Part shown: positions 1 to 10,661 of the stretch, one piece after another
Numbering within the stretch: the first letter of the stretch is position 1
Layout: each line of letters starts with the position of its first letter
Source of the DNA: Escherichia phage vB_EcoP-101114BS3
DNA length: 64,000 nt
Sequence record: MZ234015.1
Strand: one strand, 5' to 3'
The notes under the pieces: generated by a model
What the model saw: the letters and a program-made list of their open reading frames with translations, nothing else
Databases searched by the model: none
What the model was told of the DNA's origin: nothing
Translations under genes and position numbers: made by a program

Positions 1-2
1 TT

Positions 3-602
3 GAAGATAGGTTAGACCCTGCAAAGAATATTGACATGGGTGCTAGATATTTAAGAGATAACCTGAAAGCTTTTGACGGCGATGTGAGGAAGGCTTTGGT
101 GGGGTATTCAGAAGGGACTGGTGGTGCTAAGCAAATGTTTGCTGGTAAGAAAGGGTTTACACCTCAAGCTTTAGATTCAATGAATAATAAGCTGTTCCTA
201 CCATTCTTTGATAAGAACACAGCAGCGGCACAAGTGGCTAATCCTGTAGGTGCTTTGAAAGCAGTACAGCCTGTGGACCAGTTTGATTCTAATACGCTGA
301 CTAGAGAAGGTGCTGCAAATGCTCCCACTCAAGCAGAGATGGCTGCAAGCAAGGCTGGGGCTTTGGGTGGTCGTCCTGTAGAGTTTTACTCTGATGAACA
401 ACAGTCTGGAGAAGATCAAAAACCTCAACAGAACTTTGGTAATGCTGTGTTGGCAGCTGCTTCTATGCTTGCAGGAAAACAGCCTAACTCTCAAACTGTA
501 CAGAGAGCACACGCCCCTACTCAAGCAGGTTCTCGATATAGTCCACAAACACAAGCTGTGCTGAGACGTCTGTCTAGCATAGGTACTGACATTTACAGAT
601 AA
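3..602 (+). CDS. Virion protein, C-terminal part (5' partial) with lytic transglycosylase (SLT) domain
   Basis: Frame continues from window start; translation contains NIDMGARYLRDNL...ALVGYSEGTGG matching the SLT-domain C-terminal signature (NI..G..YL...AYNAG.G pattern). Confidence 0.7.
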   Translation, partial: EDRLDPAKNIDMGARYLRDNLKAFDGDVRKALVGYSEGTGGAKQMFAGKKGFTPQALDSMNNKLFLPFFDKNTAAAQVANPVGALKAVQPVDQFDSNTLTREGAANAPTQAEMAASKAGALGGRPVEFYSDEQQSGEDQKPQQNFGNAVLAAASMLAGKQPNSQTVQRAHAPTQAGSRYSPQTQAVLRRLSSIGTDIYR

Positions 603-611
603 GGAGGACTT

Positions 612-1664
612 ATGTCTCTTTTCGGTTCTGCTCCTAAATCTAAGACTACGGTAGCTCCGTCTTCTCAGGTTGATGCTCTTCTGAAACAGATTGTAGCAAA
701 TGCTCAGGCTATGAATCAAAACGATCAAGGTTTTATTAATCGTAACATAGCAGGTTTTAATGAAAATCAAACAGCAGCTCTTTCTAATTTAGCAAATTCT
801 AACACACTCAACCAACTCAGTCAGATGTACACCCCTAGAACTCAACAAGGGTTGGACCAGATGAATGAGTTGGCTCAGAAATATCAAAACCTAGTTAATA
901 AGGGTGGTATCTCCGCTCAAGATGTTAATAATTTTAGCTCTGGACTGAATAACTCTGCACTAGCTAAGTCTACAGGTAAAGCTGCTGCTAATATATCTCT
1001 TGGTAATGGCTCTGATTCAGGTTCTCTGAGACGTGCTGCTGCTCAAGGTGCTGCTCTCTCTTCAGCGAATACAAATCTTTCTCGTTCTATTCAAGGTAAG
1101 AATATGGGTGTTAACACTCTTCTGAATAACAACTCCTATCAGCAAGGTTTGCTCAATGCTCAGTCTGGTTTAGCAAATCAGAACCTGAATCTAGGAGCTG
1201 CTGGGGTACAAGCTGGTCAACAGGCAATACATAATCAGCTCACTGCCGGGAATCTTCAACAGCAGCAAGATCAACTCCAAGCTAACAACAATTGGGAGAA
1301 TGCTATTGGCAATCAGCAGTATGGTTGGAATCAGCTTAACAATCAGCTTAATGTATTAAACTCAGTAAGTCCAATGGCTGGGTACACTATTACTAATAGA
1401 GGTGCTGCCCCTAATGCTTCACAACAAATCCTTGGTGCTGGGGTTACTGGTCTTGGTATTGCTGGTCGTCTAGGTGCTTTTACCCCTAACCAGCAAACTA
1501 CTAATGCTTGGAATTCGTACAATGCTTCTGGAGGTCAAGCTGGGATGGCTGGTCCTATGATTGGTGGCTCAAACCTGTCTCAACAGAACGGTCAGAGCAA
1601 CTGGTTATCTACCGCAGGGAGTAATATCTTAGGTGGTGTTCTAGGAGCCTTTGGAGCAAATTAA
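612..1664 (+). CDS. Q/N/A/S-rich low-complexity virion-associated protein (paralog 1)
   Basis: 350-aa ORF with AAGGAGG Shine-Dalgarno just upstream; N-terminus and NQNQ..A(L)SNL motif shared with the next ORF. Confidence 0.7.
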   Translation: MSLFGSAPKSKTTVAPSSQVDALLKQIVANAQAMNQNDQGFINRNIAGFNENQTAALSNLANSNTLNQLSQMYTPRTQQGLDQMNELAQKYQNLVNKGGISAQDVNNFSSGLNNSALAKSTGKAAANISLGNGSDSGSLRRAAAQGAALSSANTNLSRSIQGKNMGVNTLLNNNSYQQGLLNAQSGLANQNLNLGAAGVQAGQQAIHNQLTAGNLQQQQDQLQANNNWENAIGNQQYGWNQLNNQLNVLNSVSPMAGYTITNRGAAPNASQQILGAGVTGLGIAGRLGAFTPNQQTTNAWNSYNASGGQAGMAGPMIGGSNLSQQNGQSNWLSTAGSNILGGVLGAFGAN

Positions 1665-1673
1665 GGAGGAGCT

Positions 1674-2642
1674 ATGGCTTTATTTGGTGGTGGGAGTAGC
1701 AAGACTACTTCTAAAATGACAAGACCTGACTACATTCAATCCTATATTGATCAGTTGGTCAATCAGGTTAATAACACTAGTTCAGGCGATTATGTGTATC
1801 GAGAAAATGTTGGACTTAATCAAAACCAGCAAGAAGCTCTGAATAATCTATCACAATCTGGTGCATTAGGTGCACTTTCTTCTCAGTATATGGATGCTGC
1901 TCAATCTGGCTTAGGTTATCTAGATAATGCATACTCTGGATATAACAACCTGTCTAACTCTGGTCAAATCACTGGGGAACAGATTGGTGCTCTTGCAGGC
2001 CAGCTCTATGACGATGAGGCTGTGCAAGCAGCTATTGCAGCGAATAATGAACAAACCCAACAGAGTTTGGCTAGGAATGCACTTCCTCAAATCTCTCAGC
2101 AGTTTGCTGGTCAGCAAGGTTCTGGTGCACGTATGGCTAAATCTTTTGCTCAGGGTGATGCTCTGAACCAGATGCAGAACACAGCAACTAATATTACTAA
2201 TAGTGCCTATGACTCCGCTCTAACTCAAGCACAGAACATTCTTTCTGGTAATAGACAAACACAAGCATCTGCTTTAGGTGGTTTATCTAACATTGGCTCC
2301 AATCTTGCTAATCTAGGAAACCAAGCTGGTCAGTTATCACAACAGCAAATGATGAATCAGTGGAATGCAGGACTGCAACAGCAGCAACAACAGCAGTCTG
2401 ATTTGAACAATGCTTATGAGAATGCTCAGAATGCTGCTAATTGGGGTTGGCAGGATATTAACAATCAACTAGGTGCTGCCGGGGTTCTTAATGGAGCTTT
2501 AGGGACAACCACAACTACTAAAACATCTGGTGGTAGTGGAGGCTTCCTAGGTGGTGCTGCGAGTGGTGCTGCTGCTGGTTCAGCTTTTGGCCCTTGGGGT
2601 GCTTTAGCTGGCGGTGTTATCGGTGGATTAGCTAGCTCTTAA
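1674..2642 (+). CDS. Q/N-rich virion-associated protein (paralog 2) with Gly-rich C-terminus
   Basis: 322-aa ORF, AAGGAGG SD; similar N-terminus (MALFGGGSSKTT vs MSLFGSAPKSKTT) and W.Q.NNQL motif to 612-1664. Confidence 0.7.
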   Translation: MALFGGGSSKTTSKMTRPDYIQSYIDQLVNQVNNTSSGDYVYRENVGLNQNQQEALNNLSQSGALGALSSQYMDAAQSGLGYLDNAYSGYNNLSNSGQITGEQIGALAGQLYDDEAVQAAIAANNEQTQQSLARNALPQISQQFAGQQGSGARMAKSFAQGDALNQMQNTATNITNSAYDSALTQAQNILSGNRQTQASALGGLSNIGSNLANLGNQAGQLSQQQMMNQWNAGLQQQQQQQSDLNNAYENAQNAANWGWQDINNQLGAAGVLNGALGTTTTTKTSGGSGGFLGGAASGAAAGSAFGPWGALAGGVIGGLASS

Positions 2643-2656
2643 TTAGGAGAATAATT

Positions 2657-4324
2657 ATGCAACAAACTTCTTATGCGTATCTTCGCAGTCAAGACCCAAG
2701 AAATCAGATTTATGGTGTTAAACAAGGGGCCGCTTCGGCCTCTCCATACATGGCAAGACCTGCTTATCCAGCTGCTGATGTTTCTATGTATAACCGGAGA
2801 CCTCCTGCTTCTCCTGTAGGTTTGTCTTCTCTTGTTGCCAATGCTCAAGAAGACCAAGAAGCTATGTTAAATCCGGGATTTAGACAGCGCCTTATGGAAG
2901 CAGAGAATCAAGGAACTCCTACAAGCCTTCAGGGTATTGATATTGGTGAACCAGCTCCTGCTATGAATAACCCAGATCTATCCTCTGATGAGGGTCTACA
3001 AGCTGCTGGGTTGATGCCTAGTGACCCACTTCCTGTTACTCCTCCTCGTAAACCTCTGGAAGAAACAGATAAAGAGTTCTCTCCAGTTCAGGTGGAACAG
3101 GCTCAGAATGTTATTAACACTTTAGCTAATAGTAATCCAGCTCCTGAAGGTATGGCTGGTGCAACTCGTGCTAAAGATCAAGAACGTATTAATAATGATA
3201 TTATGGAAGTAGCTAAAGCTAAAGACCCAGCACAAGCTTGGAATGAGCTTCAGAAGCAACCGTTCTATCAGAAGTCTAGTTTCTACACTGGCTTAATGGG
3301 TGTTGGTCTTTCTATCATGTCAGGTAAATCCCCTATTGAAGCTTTCCAGATTGGTTCTGGCTTAGCTGCTCAGGATGAAACTAAACAACAACTAGAAGCC
3401 AATCGCGATGCTCTGTTAGAACAAGGCTACTCTCAAGATTCAGTTGCTGCTGCAATTGCTTCGGGAGATCCTTCTCTTCTCAAGATGCGTCAGATGAGTC
3501 CTCAGGAGAAAATGGCTCTTGCTGCTCAGGATGAAGAACGTGCCAATCGTGAGTGGGATAGACGTCAACAGATTCAAGAGAATTCGATGCGGGAACGTGC
3601 TGCTGAAACTCGTCGTGCTGCTGAAGAACGTGCTAATGCTCAGTTCGAGAAACAGAAAGAACTTATTGGATATCGTGATCAAGTTAAAGCAGAGCGTGCA
3701 GAGAAAGCTGCTCAGAGCTTTACTTTCAACCCTAAAGAAGTTCGTCTGGCTCAGAATACAGCAGAAGGTACTGTTGCTAAACAGTGGGCAGAAAAAGCAG
3801 GTCTGTTTAATCAGTCTCACAAAGACTTGGATTTAGCTGACAAAGCTATTAAAGATAAGGATTATCAAACTGCTCGTTCTGCTTACATGCAGGCTATCAT
3901 GAACTCCGCAAGGGCAGAAATTGGTGCTAACCGCTCTCTCCAAGCTGATGACTTGGCTCACTTTGCAGAAGACCCGTCAATCTTTGTTAAGGTTGGTAAT
4001 ACTTGGTCCCTTAAAGCAGGCTATCGTCCTTCTGATGCTGCTCTGTCATATGCTCGTAAGCAGGCAACTGTTGGTGCTACTTCCGCTGAGAAAGGTGTGA
4101 AGGATGCTAAGAAAGCAACAATTGAGGCATATATCGGTTCTGGTATGGATAAGAAACGAGCGACAGCTCTTGTCAACCGTGCTATTCCTTCTGCTGGTTT
4201 CTATGACCCATTCGGTACGTTTGAGAGTGAAGCTGAAGCAGCTGTTGGTGGAGATGCTACAAATCCTCGATTAACAGGTGCTCTTTCTTCTTCAGCGGCA
4301 GATACGAGTTGGATGTTCCAGTAA
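2657..4324 (+). CDS. Hypothetical virion protein
   Basis: 555-aa ORF co-directional with neighbours; AGGAGA SD before ATG. Confidence 0.65.
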   Translation: MQQTSYAYLRSQDPRNQIYGVKQGAASASPYMARPAYPAADVSMYNRRPPASPVGLSSLVANAQEDQEAMLNPGFRQRLMEAENQGTPTSLQGIDIGEPAPAMNNPDLSSDEGLQAAGLMPSDPLPVTPPRKPLEETDKEFSPVQVEQAQNVINTLANSNPAPEGMAGATRAKDQERINNDIMEVAKAKDPAQAWNELQKQPFYQKSSFYTGLMGVGLSIMSGKSPIEAFQIGSGLAAQDETKQQLEANRDALLEQGYSQDSVAAAIASGDPSLLKMRQMSPQEKMALAAQDEERANREWDRRQQIQENSMRERAAETRRAAEERANAQFEKQKELIGYRDQVKAERAEKAAQSFTFNPKEVRLAQNTAEGTVAKQWAEKAGLFNQSHKDLDLADKAIKDKDYQTARSAYMQAIMNSARAEIGANRSLQADDLAHFAEDPSIFVKVGNTWSLKAGYRPSDAALSYARKQATVGATSAEKGVKDAKKATIEAYIGSGMDKKRATALVNRAIPSAGFYDPFGTFESEAEAAVGGDATNPRLTGALSSSAADTSWMFQ

Positions 4325-4349
4325 TCTAAGACCTAAGTCCTATCTCTTA

Positions 4350-4360
4350 TAATGTATATA
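4350..4360 (+). promoter_or_regulatory. TAATGTATATA motif, candidate phage promoter element
   Basis: TTATAATGTATATAGG lies ~45 nt upstream of ATG 4395; the same core recurs at 63122 (+) and 13480-13469 (-) at comparable distances from start codons. Confidence 0.35.
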
Positions 4361-4394
4361 GGAGGTAGGACATTTTTATTTATAAGGAGACGTT

Positions 4395-7300
4395 ATGGCT
4401 AATTTAAAATCGTGGGAAGAAGCTTCCAAAGCTCCTGCGTATCTGAACGCCTCTCCAGAGCAACAGGCTCAAATGAGAGAACAATACAAGGCAGCAGGGG
4501 GCACTATTCCTGAGACTCAACCACAAGAGCAACCACAACAAGAAGAACGAGGTGCTATTGGGGAGTTTGCTCAAGGTGTGTCTAACGCTCTTCAATCAGG
4601 TGGTGCTAACATTGCAGCTAGTGCTGCTAAAGGTTTAGGTGGGCTGGTAGAGATTGGTGAAAACTTAACTGGTTCGGAAACAAGCTATGGTAAGCGCATT
4701 CAAGAGAACTCTAAACAGTTGCTGGAAGAACGCTTATCTAAGATAGAAGATGGTTTTGGTAAAACAGCTGGTCAGTATGCTGGTGTTGCTGCTGATATTG
4801 GTTTGACAGTTGCAAACCCTGCTGTTGCTGCTGCTGTTATCGCAGCTCGTGAAACAGGTCGTGCTTATGCTGATCAAACTCCTAAAGAAGATGAAGATAA
4901 ATCAGTCTTAGATGCTGCTCTTGTTGGTGGTGCTAACTACGCTGCTCAGAAGATCCTTCCGGGCATGACTGGTACAGCTTCTACTACTCTTGGTCGTGTA
5001 GGACAAAGCGTAGCCTCTAACGCAGTTGCTGGTGCTAAGGGTGGTGCTATTGTTGGTGCTGCTGAAGCTCAGAACAAATATGGGGATGACACTACTCTAG
5101 CTAACGTATTAGAAGGGGCTATTGAAGAGGGTGCACTCGGTGCTGCTTATGGTGGGGCGATTGGTGGGGTTCATGGGTTAATAAGCCGTCCTAGCCCTCA
5201 AGTGTTTGATCGTACTCCTGAGCATGTTAAGACTGACATTGCTGCTGAAGATGAGGCTATTCGTAAAGCTGCTAACGCTGATGAACTTCGTGAAGCCTAT
5301 GCTAAAGCTGAGAATGCTAATGCTGCCTCTGCTTTAAACCTTCTGGATGAAAATGGTTTCCGAATCACAGATGCAGTTGCTATGGACTCTCCTGCTGTTC
5401 AGCGTATATTAAATACAGACCAAAGTCGTGCAGAGAAAGCTGCTACGGTTCAGAAAGATAGCTCTAATGTTCCCGGTCTCAATCCTCTCGCTTCTCCTAA
5501 GAAGACTCAAGGTAAAGCTTTTGCTGACAATGAGTACAACCAGAAACAAGCTGTGGCAATGAAAGATGCAATGGCTGACTACACTAAAGATAACACCAAA
5601 GCCCTTACTGATGTTCTAGACAACCTAGACCGAGAGTTAGTAGCTCTGAGAGCAAGTGGTGATTTTACTGGTAGTGCTATTGACATTAAAAACCGTACTC
5701 AAGCTGATCGTGATTTTATTGATGCTTATAAAACTTTTTACAGTGAAGCTAATCGTTTCAAAGCTCGTGATGGTGAAGACCTAAACAACTTCATTGATAA
5801 AGCTACTCAGTTGCAGAAGCTATCTGAAAATGTTTCTCCAGAAATGAAGAAGGCCATTGGTGGATTAAAGAAACTAAAAGGTATGCCTGAAGGTTTTAAC
5901 CCTATCCAAGATGCTTTCACTCTGAATAATACAGCTAAGTTCATGAGTAACCAAGACCGTGGTTGGACCTCTCTGACTGATGACGGTTTTCGTGAAGCTC
6001 CGGCTCCTGTGTTAGTTAAGAATCCTCTCGGTGCAGCCAAGTATGTACTTAACCGCTTTACTTCCGATCGTGCTCGTGCTCAACGTGAGAAGCAACAGTC
6101 AGCTAATAGTGAAGCTATCCGCTCTTTGGCTAGGGCTGATTTAGAAGTACAACGAGCTAGGACTCAGGCTGAAGAAGCAAGAGCAAAAATGGAAGAAGAA
6201 CCAACCACAGAAGACATCAAATTCCGTACTCAAAATGATGCACCTTCCGAACCGGTTCGTGAGGAGCCTTCTGCTACTACTGTGACGGAAGAAATTCCGT
6301 CCTCTCCAGCTCCAACTGAAACACCTCTTACTGCGAGGGATTTGGTTGCTCAAAGACGTGCTCTCCAACAAGCAGAGCTTAGACGTCAAGAAGCTGAAGC
6401 TGCTCAGGCTCAAGAAAGTGCTACACCAGAACCTGAACCACAGCAAGAAGCTCTTACAGCTAGAGAATTAGTAGCTCAGCGTAGGGCTGTAGCAGAGGCT
6501 AAGAAACGTCAAGAGGCAGAAGAAGCAGAACGTGCTAAAGAAGCTCCTGAGGAAGCCGTAGAAGAGCCTAAAGAGAAACCTGAGCCATTACCTGCTCGTG
6601 CTCCTAAAGCTCCTGAGAAGGCTCCTGAGCCTGTTAAACCGTCACTTGGTGTAGAGCGTCTAGCTTCTATGTCAACTGCTGCTCGTCAAGCAACGAAAGA
6701 CCGTGCTGATCGATTTGCTCGTTCTTTGTATTCGGCTGCTGCTAAAGCTAAAGCCACTGCGGAAAATTTCCTTTCTTACAAGGGAGATCCTAAAGAGCTT
6801 ATGCGTCGTATCCGTCAGGAAGACCAAGCAAACAACACACAGCGTCATGAAGAGATGGCTAGAAACCAACTAGCTTCACAGCAAGGCATTGCTTCTGCTA
6901 AATCTCAACATGTTCGTGCTTCTTTTGCTGATTGGGTGAAAGAACGTGGGTTGCCTTCTGATATTGCTACTAAGGCTTTACGGGCTGAAGAGAAAGGTTT
7001 AGGTGGGAACGTCACAAGTCTAGATTCACTGAAGCGAAGAGCTGAGCGTTTATATCAGAAACAAAGAGATGATGAGTTTGACCGTCTCTATCGAGAGGCT
7101 CTGGAAGAGAATAAAGCTTTTGATAAGAGAGATGCTCCTAAACTGGTAGACCAGAAGAAAGAGCTTCAGGATGAAATTGGTGCGTTGCTTGATGCTGAAC
7201 CGTTACGTCCTGCTCAGAAAGATGCTATGCGTAGGATTATGGAAGACTTCGTGGAGAGTAAGTTTAAATCTTCAGAGAAAGCTGGAAGGGTTGAGGCTTT

Positions 7301-8840
7301 GGAAGTTGGTCAGATGAAGGATGTGTGGGATGGGTTTATTAATACCTATAACCGAGAAGTTAACATGTTCAACAAGGCTAACAAGAATTCTCAATACGAA
7401 GCAGCAGCTAAACACTTGCAAGCACGTCAAGAACGTCTTGAGACGCTCCGTAACAGAGCTAAAGCTCGCAGTGATGCTAAGGCAGCCATGGAGGCTGAGA
7501 AGCAGTCCTTGGAGGCTATAGCGGCTCAGAAATCAGAGATAGAGAAGATGTTCAAAGAATTGCCTGAAAGTGTCAGAGAGGCTCAGGAAGGGCGTACTTT
7601 GAAACAGCTTGCTGCTCACCATGATAAGAACTCTCCAGTACCACCAGAGCGTTTCCGTAGTATCATTGAACGTATTCACAACGCTGAGAGTGATTACCTC
7701 GATCGCAAACGTCGTTTGACCGAAGCAGAGGAAGATGCTCGTGAAGCTAAGTGGAATAGGATGTATGAACAGGCTGAGGAAATGAACCGTAAGTTTGATA
7801 TCGATGCTAGAGTGAAGAGAGATAAGGCTCTGAAGGAAGCTCAAGAACGAGAGAATGACTTAATGGCAGTTCAACGTCAGCGTGACGACATTCATAAGCG
7901 TTTGGTCAATACTCTGGAAGAGAAGGGAGTTTCTAGAGAAGATGCTGAAGCATATGCTGGGTCTTATATGGATAATCGGTATGCTTTGTTAGAGAAACCA
8001 ATGACTCCAGTGGAACATCAGAATGCTCGTGCTCGTATCGAATCTGACGTAGAGAAGTTTGTTAAGAAATACGAAACAGCTACTCCAATCGAAAGAGAGA
8101 TTGCTAAAGCAACTGGTGATGCAGATGGGAAACCTTCTGACTTAGATGCAGAAACATTAAAAGCTATCGAAGATGCTCGTAAAGTTGATTCCGATTTTAA
8201 GAAACTCTTAGATGAAGAGAAGGAAATGGAGAAGATTCGTTCAGCTCTACCTGAAGATGAAAGATCTCAGGCGAACTCTGATATTCTGGAAAGTATTAAG
8301 AAACAGGAAGATGATTTTGCTAGCAAAGCAGAGAAAGCTTTTATTGAAGGGAAGGACTTGCAGGAGTTAGCGAGTGTTGCAGAAGTTCTAGATAGGGTTC
8401 ATGGTGCAGACAAGGCTGGTAACAACCGTCGATTTGTACGTGCTCTACAGACTGCTGCCGAGAACAAGAAACGTTATGGGGATAATCCAGTGGCTTGGTT
8501 TAGTGCTGATGATTACTCTGCTATTGCGAAACTTGGTGCTGCTTCGGCAGGTGGTAACAAATCTCGAGCACTTGAGAAAATCTTTGGTTCTACAGCAGAA
8601 CAAGCTAAAGGGAAACTTTTAGGGCGGGATGATGTAGCTAAGATTAGACGTGTGATTGAAGCGAATCCCAATGTTAAGATTCCTTCTTACAAGACAACTA
8701 CTCGACAAGAGTACATGCAGTTCTTGGAGAAGTATAATGACGAGGGAGAGTTGAAAGTCAAACGTGGTTCTCTGTCTGACAAGTTGGAGAGAGGTAAGCG
8801 TCAAGCTAAACTCCGTGTTAGAGTTCGAGCTAAGGAGTAA
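4395..8840 (+). CDS. Large (1481 aa) Ala/Glu/Lys-rich coiled-coil protein, putative internal virion/ejection protein
   Basis: Long uninterrupted ORF with AAGGAGA SD; Gly/Ala-rich N-terminal region, charged helical repeats (TAR[DE]LVAQRRA occurs twice); function inferred from size and position only. Confidence 0.8.
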   Translation: MANLKSWEEASKAPAYLNASPEQQAQMREQYKAAGGTIPETQPQEQPQQEERGAIGEFAQGVSNALQSGGANIAASAAKGLGGLVEIGENLTGSETSYGKRIQENSKQLLEERLSKIEDGFGKTAGQYAGVAADIGLTVANPAVAAAVIAARETGRAYADQTPKEDEDKSVLDAALVGGANYAAQKILPGMTGTASTTLGRVGQSVASNAVAGAKGGAIVGAAEAQNKYGDDTTLANVLEGAIEEGALGAAYGGAIGGVHGLISRPSPQVFDRTPEHVKTDIAAEDEAIRKAANADELREAYAKAENANAASALNLLDENGFRITDAVAMDSPAVQRILNTDQSRAEKAATVQKDSSNVPGLNPLASPKKTQGKAFADNEYNQKQAVAMKDAMADYTKDNTKALTDVLDNLDRELVALRASGDFTGSAIDIKNRTQADRDFIDAYKTFYSEANRFKARDGEDLNNFIDKATQLQKLSENVSPEMKKAIGGLKKLKGMPEGFNPIQDAFTLNNTAKFMSNQDRGWTSLTDDGFREAPAPVLVKNPLGAAKYVLNRFTSDRARAQREKQQSANSEAIRSLARADLEVQRARTQAEEARAKMEEEPTTEDIKFRTQNDAPSEPVREEPSATTVTEEIPSSPAPTETPLTARDLVAQRRALQQAELRRQEAEAAQAQESATPEPEPQQEALTARELVAQRRAVAEAKKRQEAEEAERAKEAPEEAVEEPKEKPEPLPARAPKAPEKAPEPVKPSLGVERLASMSTAARQATKDRADRFARSLYSAAAKAKATAENFLSYKGDPKELMRRIRQEDQANNTQRHEEMARNQLASQQGIASAKSQHVRASFADWVKERGLPSDIATKALRAEEKGLGGNVTSLDSLKRRAERLYQKQRDDEFDRLYREALEENKAFDKRDAPKLVDQKKELQDEIGALLDAEPLRPAQKDAMRRIMEDFVESKFKSSEKAGRVEALEVGQMKDVWDGFINTYNREVNMFNKANKNSQYEAAAKHLQARQERLETLRNRAKARSDAKAAMEAEKQSLEAIAAQKSEIEKMFKELPESVREAQEGRTLKQLAAHHDKNSPVPPERFRSIIERIHNAESDYLDRKRRLTEAEEDAREAKWNRMYEQAEEMNRKFDIDARVKRDKALKEAQERENDLMAVQRQRDDIHKRLVNTLEEKGVSREDAEAYAGSYMDNRYALLEKPMTPVEHQNARARIESDVEKFVKKYETATPIEREIAKATGDADGKPSDLDAETLKAIEDARKVDSDFKKLLDEEKEMEKIRSALPEDERSQANSDILESIKKQEDDFASKAEKAFIEGKDLQELASVAEVLDRVHGADKAGNNRRFVRALQTAAENKKRYGDNPVAWFSADDYSAIAKLGAASAGGNKSRALEKIFGSTAEQAKGKLLGRDDVAKIRRVIEANPNVKIPSYKTTTRQEYMQFLEKYNDEGELKVKRGSLSDKLERGKRQAKLRVRVRAKE

Positions 8841-8847
8841 ACAAGAA

Positions 8848-8890
8848 AAGCCCCCAACCTGTAAAAAGGAAGGGGGCTTCTTTATTTCTA
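8848..8890. terminator. Bidirectional intrinsic terminator-like hairpin between convergent genes
   Basis: AAGCCCCC...GGGGGCTT 8-bp GC stem with 16-nt loop followed by T-rich run, placed between the plus gene ending 8840 and the minus gene ending 8958. Confidence 0.5.
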
Positions 8891-8957
8891 GATGTTAGAA
8901 TCCATCAAATTCATCATACATCCCAATTTTCTTCTTCAAAGTCAATCATAAAACCTC

Positions 8958-9257
8958 CTAGATTAAATCGTAATACTTAATAATATCAGAGAGCTTAAAC
9001 TCTCTAATGTCATTCTTGTCATTATCCCAAGCAGTCATTATCCAACAAGGTTTGCCCCCATTATGATAAGGGGAAGAAGCAACTGAGGTTCGTATAGGAA
9101 TAACGGAGCGGTCTGCAATCTCGCCTCTCCAATTACGATAGCTAAAGCGAAGAATTTGTTTCGTAGATACTTGATCATTTGTGCTTTCCTTGTTCATTGA
9201 TTCAAAGACTTCTTTTTCTTCAGGAGTCTCTAGATTTTTTAAATTCACGTCTTGCAT
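8958..9257 (-). CDS. Hypothetical protein
   Basis: C-terminal part of ORF 8958-9380; internal ATG at 9257 is preceded by AGAGGAA SD; the longer ORF starts at TTG and overlaps the HNH gene. Confidence 0.45.
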   Translation of the reverse strand: MQDVNLKNLETPEEKEVFESMNKESTNDQVSTKQILRFSYRNWRGEIADRSVIPIRTSVASSPYHNGGKPCWIMTAWDNDKNDIREFKLSDIIKYYDLI

Positions 9258-9624
9258 CGTTTTCCTCTTTAGTTTTAATCTTATGGCATGGTTCTTTACA
9301 TAAGACCTGAAAGCCATCTTTCTCAACCAAAGCTCTCTCAATAATCTCATCCCAAGTAGCTTCATGGTCCACTGGAACAATAGGCTCGATGTGGTCGACA
9401 GCCACCTCTTTCAGAGGAGAGTCATTACCGCACATGGCACACTTGTAGTGCATTGCCAGCTTGCCAGTCTTAGGATTGATTTTACGTTCTGTCTGAGCTT
9501 CTTTGAGAGCATCAAACATAGGCTTCCACTTTCTAGTCAGAGAACGAATCCCTGACTTAATGAAGGAGTTGTAACGTGCTTCAGTCCACTGATTTGAACA
9601 TCTTGTCTTCTCAGCCTTCGCCAT
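9220..9624 (-). CDS. HNH endonuclease
   Basis: CAMCG...DHIEP...CKEPCH motifs (Cys pairs flanking the His-Asn-His core). Confidence 0.85.
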   Translation of the reverse strand: MAKAEKTRCSNQWTEARYNSFIKSGIRSLTRKWKPMFDALKEAQTERKINPKTGKLAMHYKCAMCGNDSPLKEVAVDHIEPIVPVDHEATWDEIIERALVEKDGFQVLCKEPCHKIKTKEENDARREFKKSRDS

Positions 9625-9802
9625 AACCTACATCCATATCAGCGTCTTCCCAAATGCGTTTATTGACTCGGTGTGATTCTTTATCAGCACGAGGGATACG
9701 ACCTGTGCGACGATCAAATGCTTGGTGCTTAATCTTTTGATCTTTACGAGATTCACGAGTAGAGAAGTTTTCATCATACGAACGATAGTCAAATTTACCC
9801 AT
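9611..9802 (-). CDS. Small basic hypothetical protein
   Basis: 63-aa ORF in operon context; no recognisable domain. Confidence 0.4.
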   Translation of the reverse strand: MGKFDYRSYDENFSTRESRKDQKIKHQAFDRRTGRIPRADKESHRVNKRIWEDADMDVGYGEG

Positions 9803-9812
9803 TATAATATCC

Positions 9813-10661
9813 TTATTCCCAAGTTTTATCTAACCATGACCAATCAAAGAGGTCACCTTCAGCTTGTCCAACGAAGAGCAATCGAGCGTTTTCTAACATC
9901 TTATCTTCTGCTTCTTCCTCGAACCTCTTATAGTATTCCATTCGTATAATATGATAAAGAGTCCACTTATCGAATACCTTCTCAATAAGTTTGATTGCAG
10001 CCTTGCTACCAATGCCTTTACGGCGCATAACCAAGTTGCCACCCCACATCATTTCAACCTTCTCACCACAACCGGGAATATTATCTGTATTATCCCCAAT
10101 CAACATTTGGTAGAAGAAATTCTGCCATGCTACTTCTTCTGATACATAATGAGGAGGTACTTCTTTCTGTCTTTCTCCACAAGCCCAACGATAATGCCAT
10201 CCGGGAGTGATTAACAAATCTTTATCACGAGTACAGATAATCGTATTCTTATCTCGTCTCTGTCTTTCAGCTAGGGCATCATCTGCCTCTCTCCCAAAGA
10301 CTTCTACATACTCGTAATTTTCTTTAATATAATCACTAACGTTCTGCCAGTGGTGGGGTCTTTCTCCCGGTGGGCGATTAGCTTTGTAGCCTTGCTGTTT
10401 AGCAATGTTAAATCGAAAGTTACCACCTTCACTGAAGTAAAAGATTGTTTTCTCACAACCTGACCTTGCAATGATTACATCAATTTTGTGTTGAAGTCGT
10501 TCAATCAAGAATCCATAATCAACTGGAACACGACCTGTGTCTAGAAAAGGATGCTCTTGTGTAAGAGCACCGACTTCATATCGCAGAACATCTGCATCCA
10601 CAATTGCTACTTCAGGATAGATTACATCAGACATAGAGTTCTCTCCGTGTCCGTACAACAA
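9813..10661 (-). CDS. 5'-3' exonuclease / flap endonuclease (FEN-like)
   Basis: Acidic PIN-like N-terminal region and H3TH-type GIGSKAAIKLIEK motif. Confidence 0.8.
   Translation of the reverse strand: MLYGHGENSMSDVIYPEVAIVDADVLRYEVGALTQEHPFLDTGRVPVDYGFLIERLQHKIDVIIARSGCEKTIFYFSEGGNFRFNIAKQQGYKANRPPGERPHHWQNVSDYIKENYEYVEVFGREADDALAERQRRDKNTIICTRDKDLLITPGWHYRWACGERQKEVPPHYVSEEVAWQNFFYQMLIGDNTDNIPGCGEKVEMMWGGNLVMRRKGIGSKAAIKLIEKVFDKWTLYHIIRMEYYKRFEEEAEDKMLENARLLFVGQAEGDLFDWSWLDKTWE

Noticed and set aside
198-8804. Minus-strand ORFs of 60-190 aa embedded in the large plus-strand virion genes (e.g. 198-770, 3440-3820, 5807-6040, 6141-6446, 7533-7844)
   Set aside because: They are fully antisense to long, well-supported genes, have biased Leu/Ser/Phe-rich composition typical of out-of-frame translation, and lack ribosome-binding sites.
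4395-8840. Tape measure protein or virion RNA polymerase assignment for the 1481-aa protein
   Set aside because: No polymerase motifs were seen, and the gene context (podovirus-like head module, SLT-domain protein nearby) does not require a tape measure; it is left as a generic internal/ejection protein candidate.
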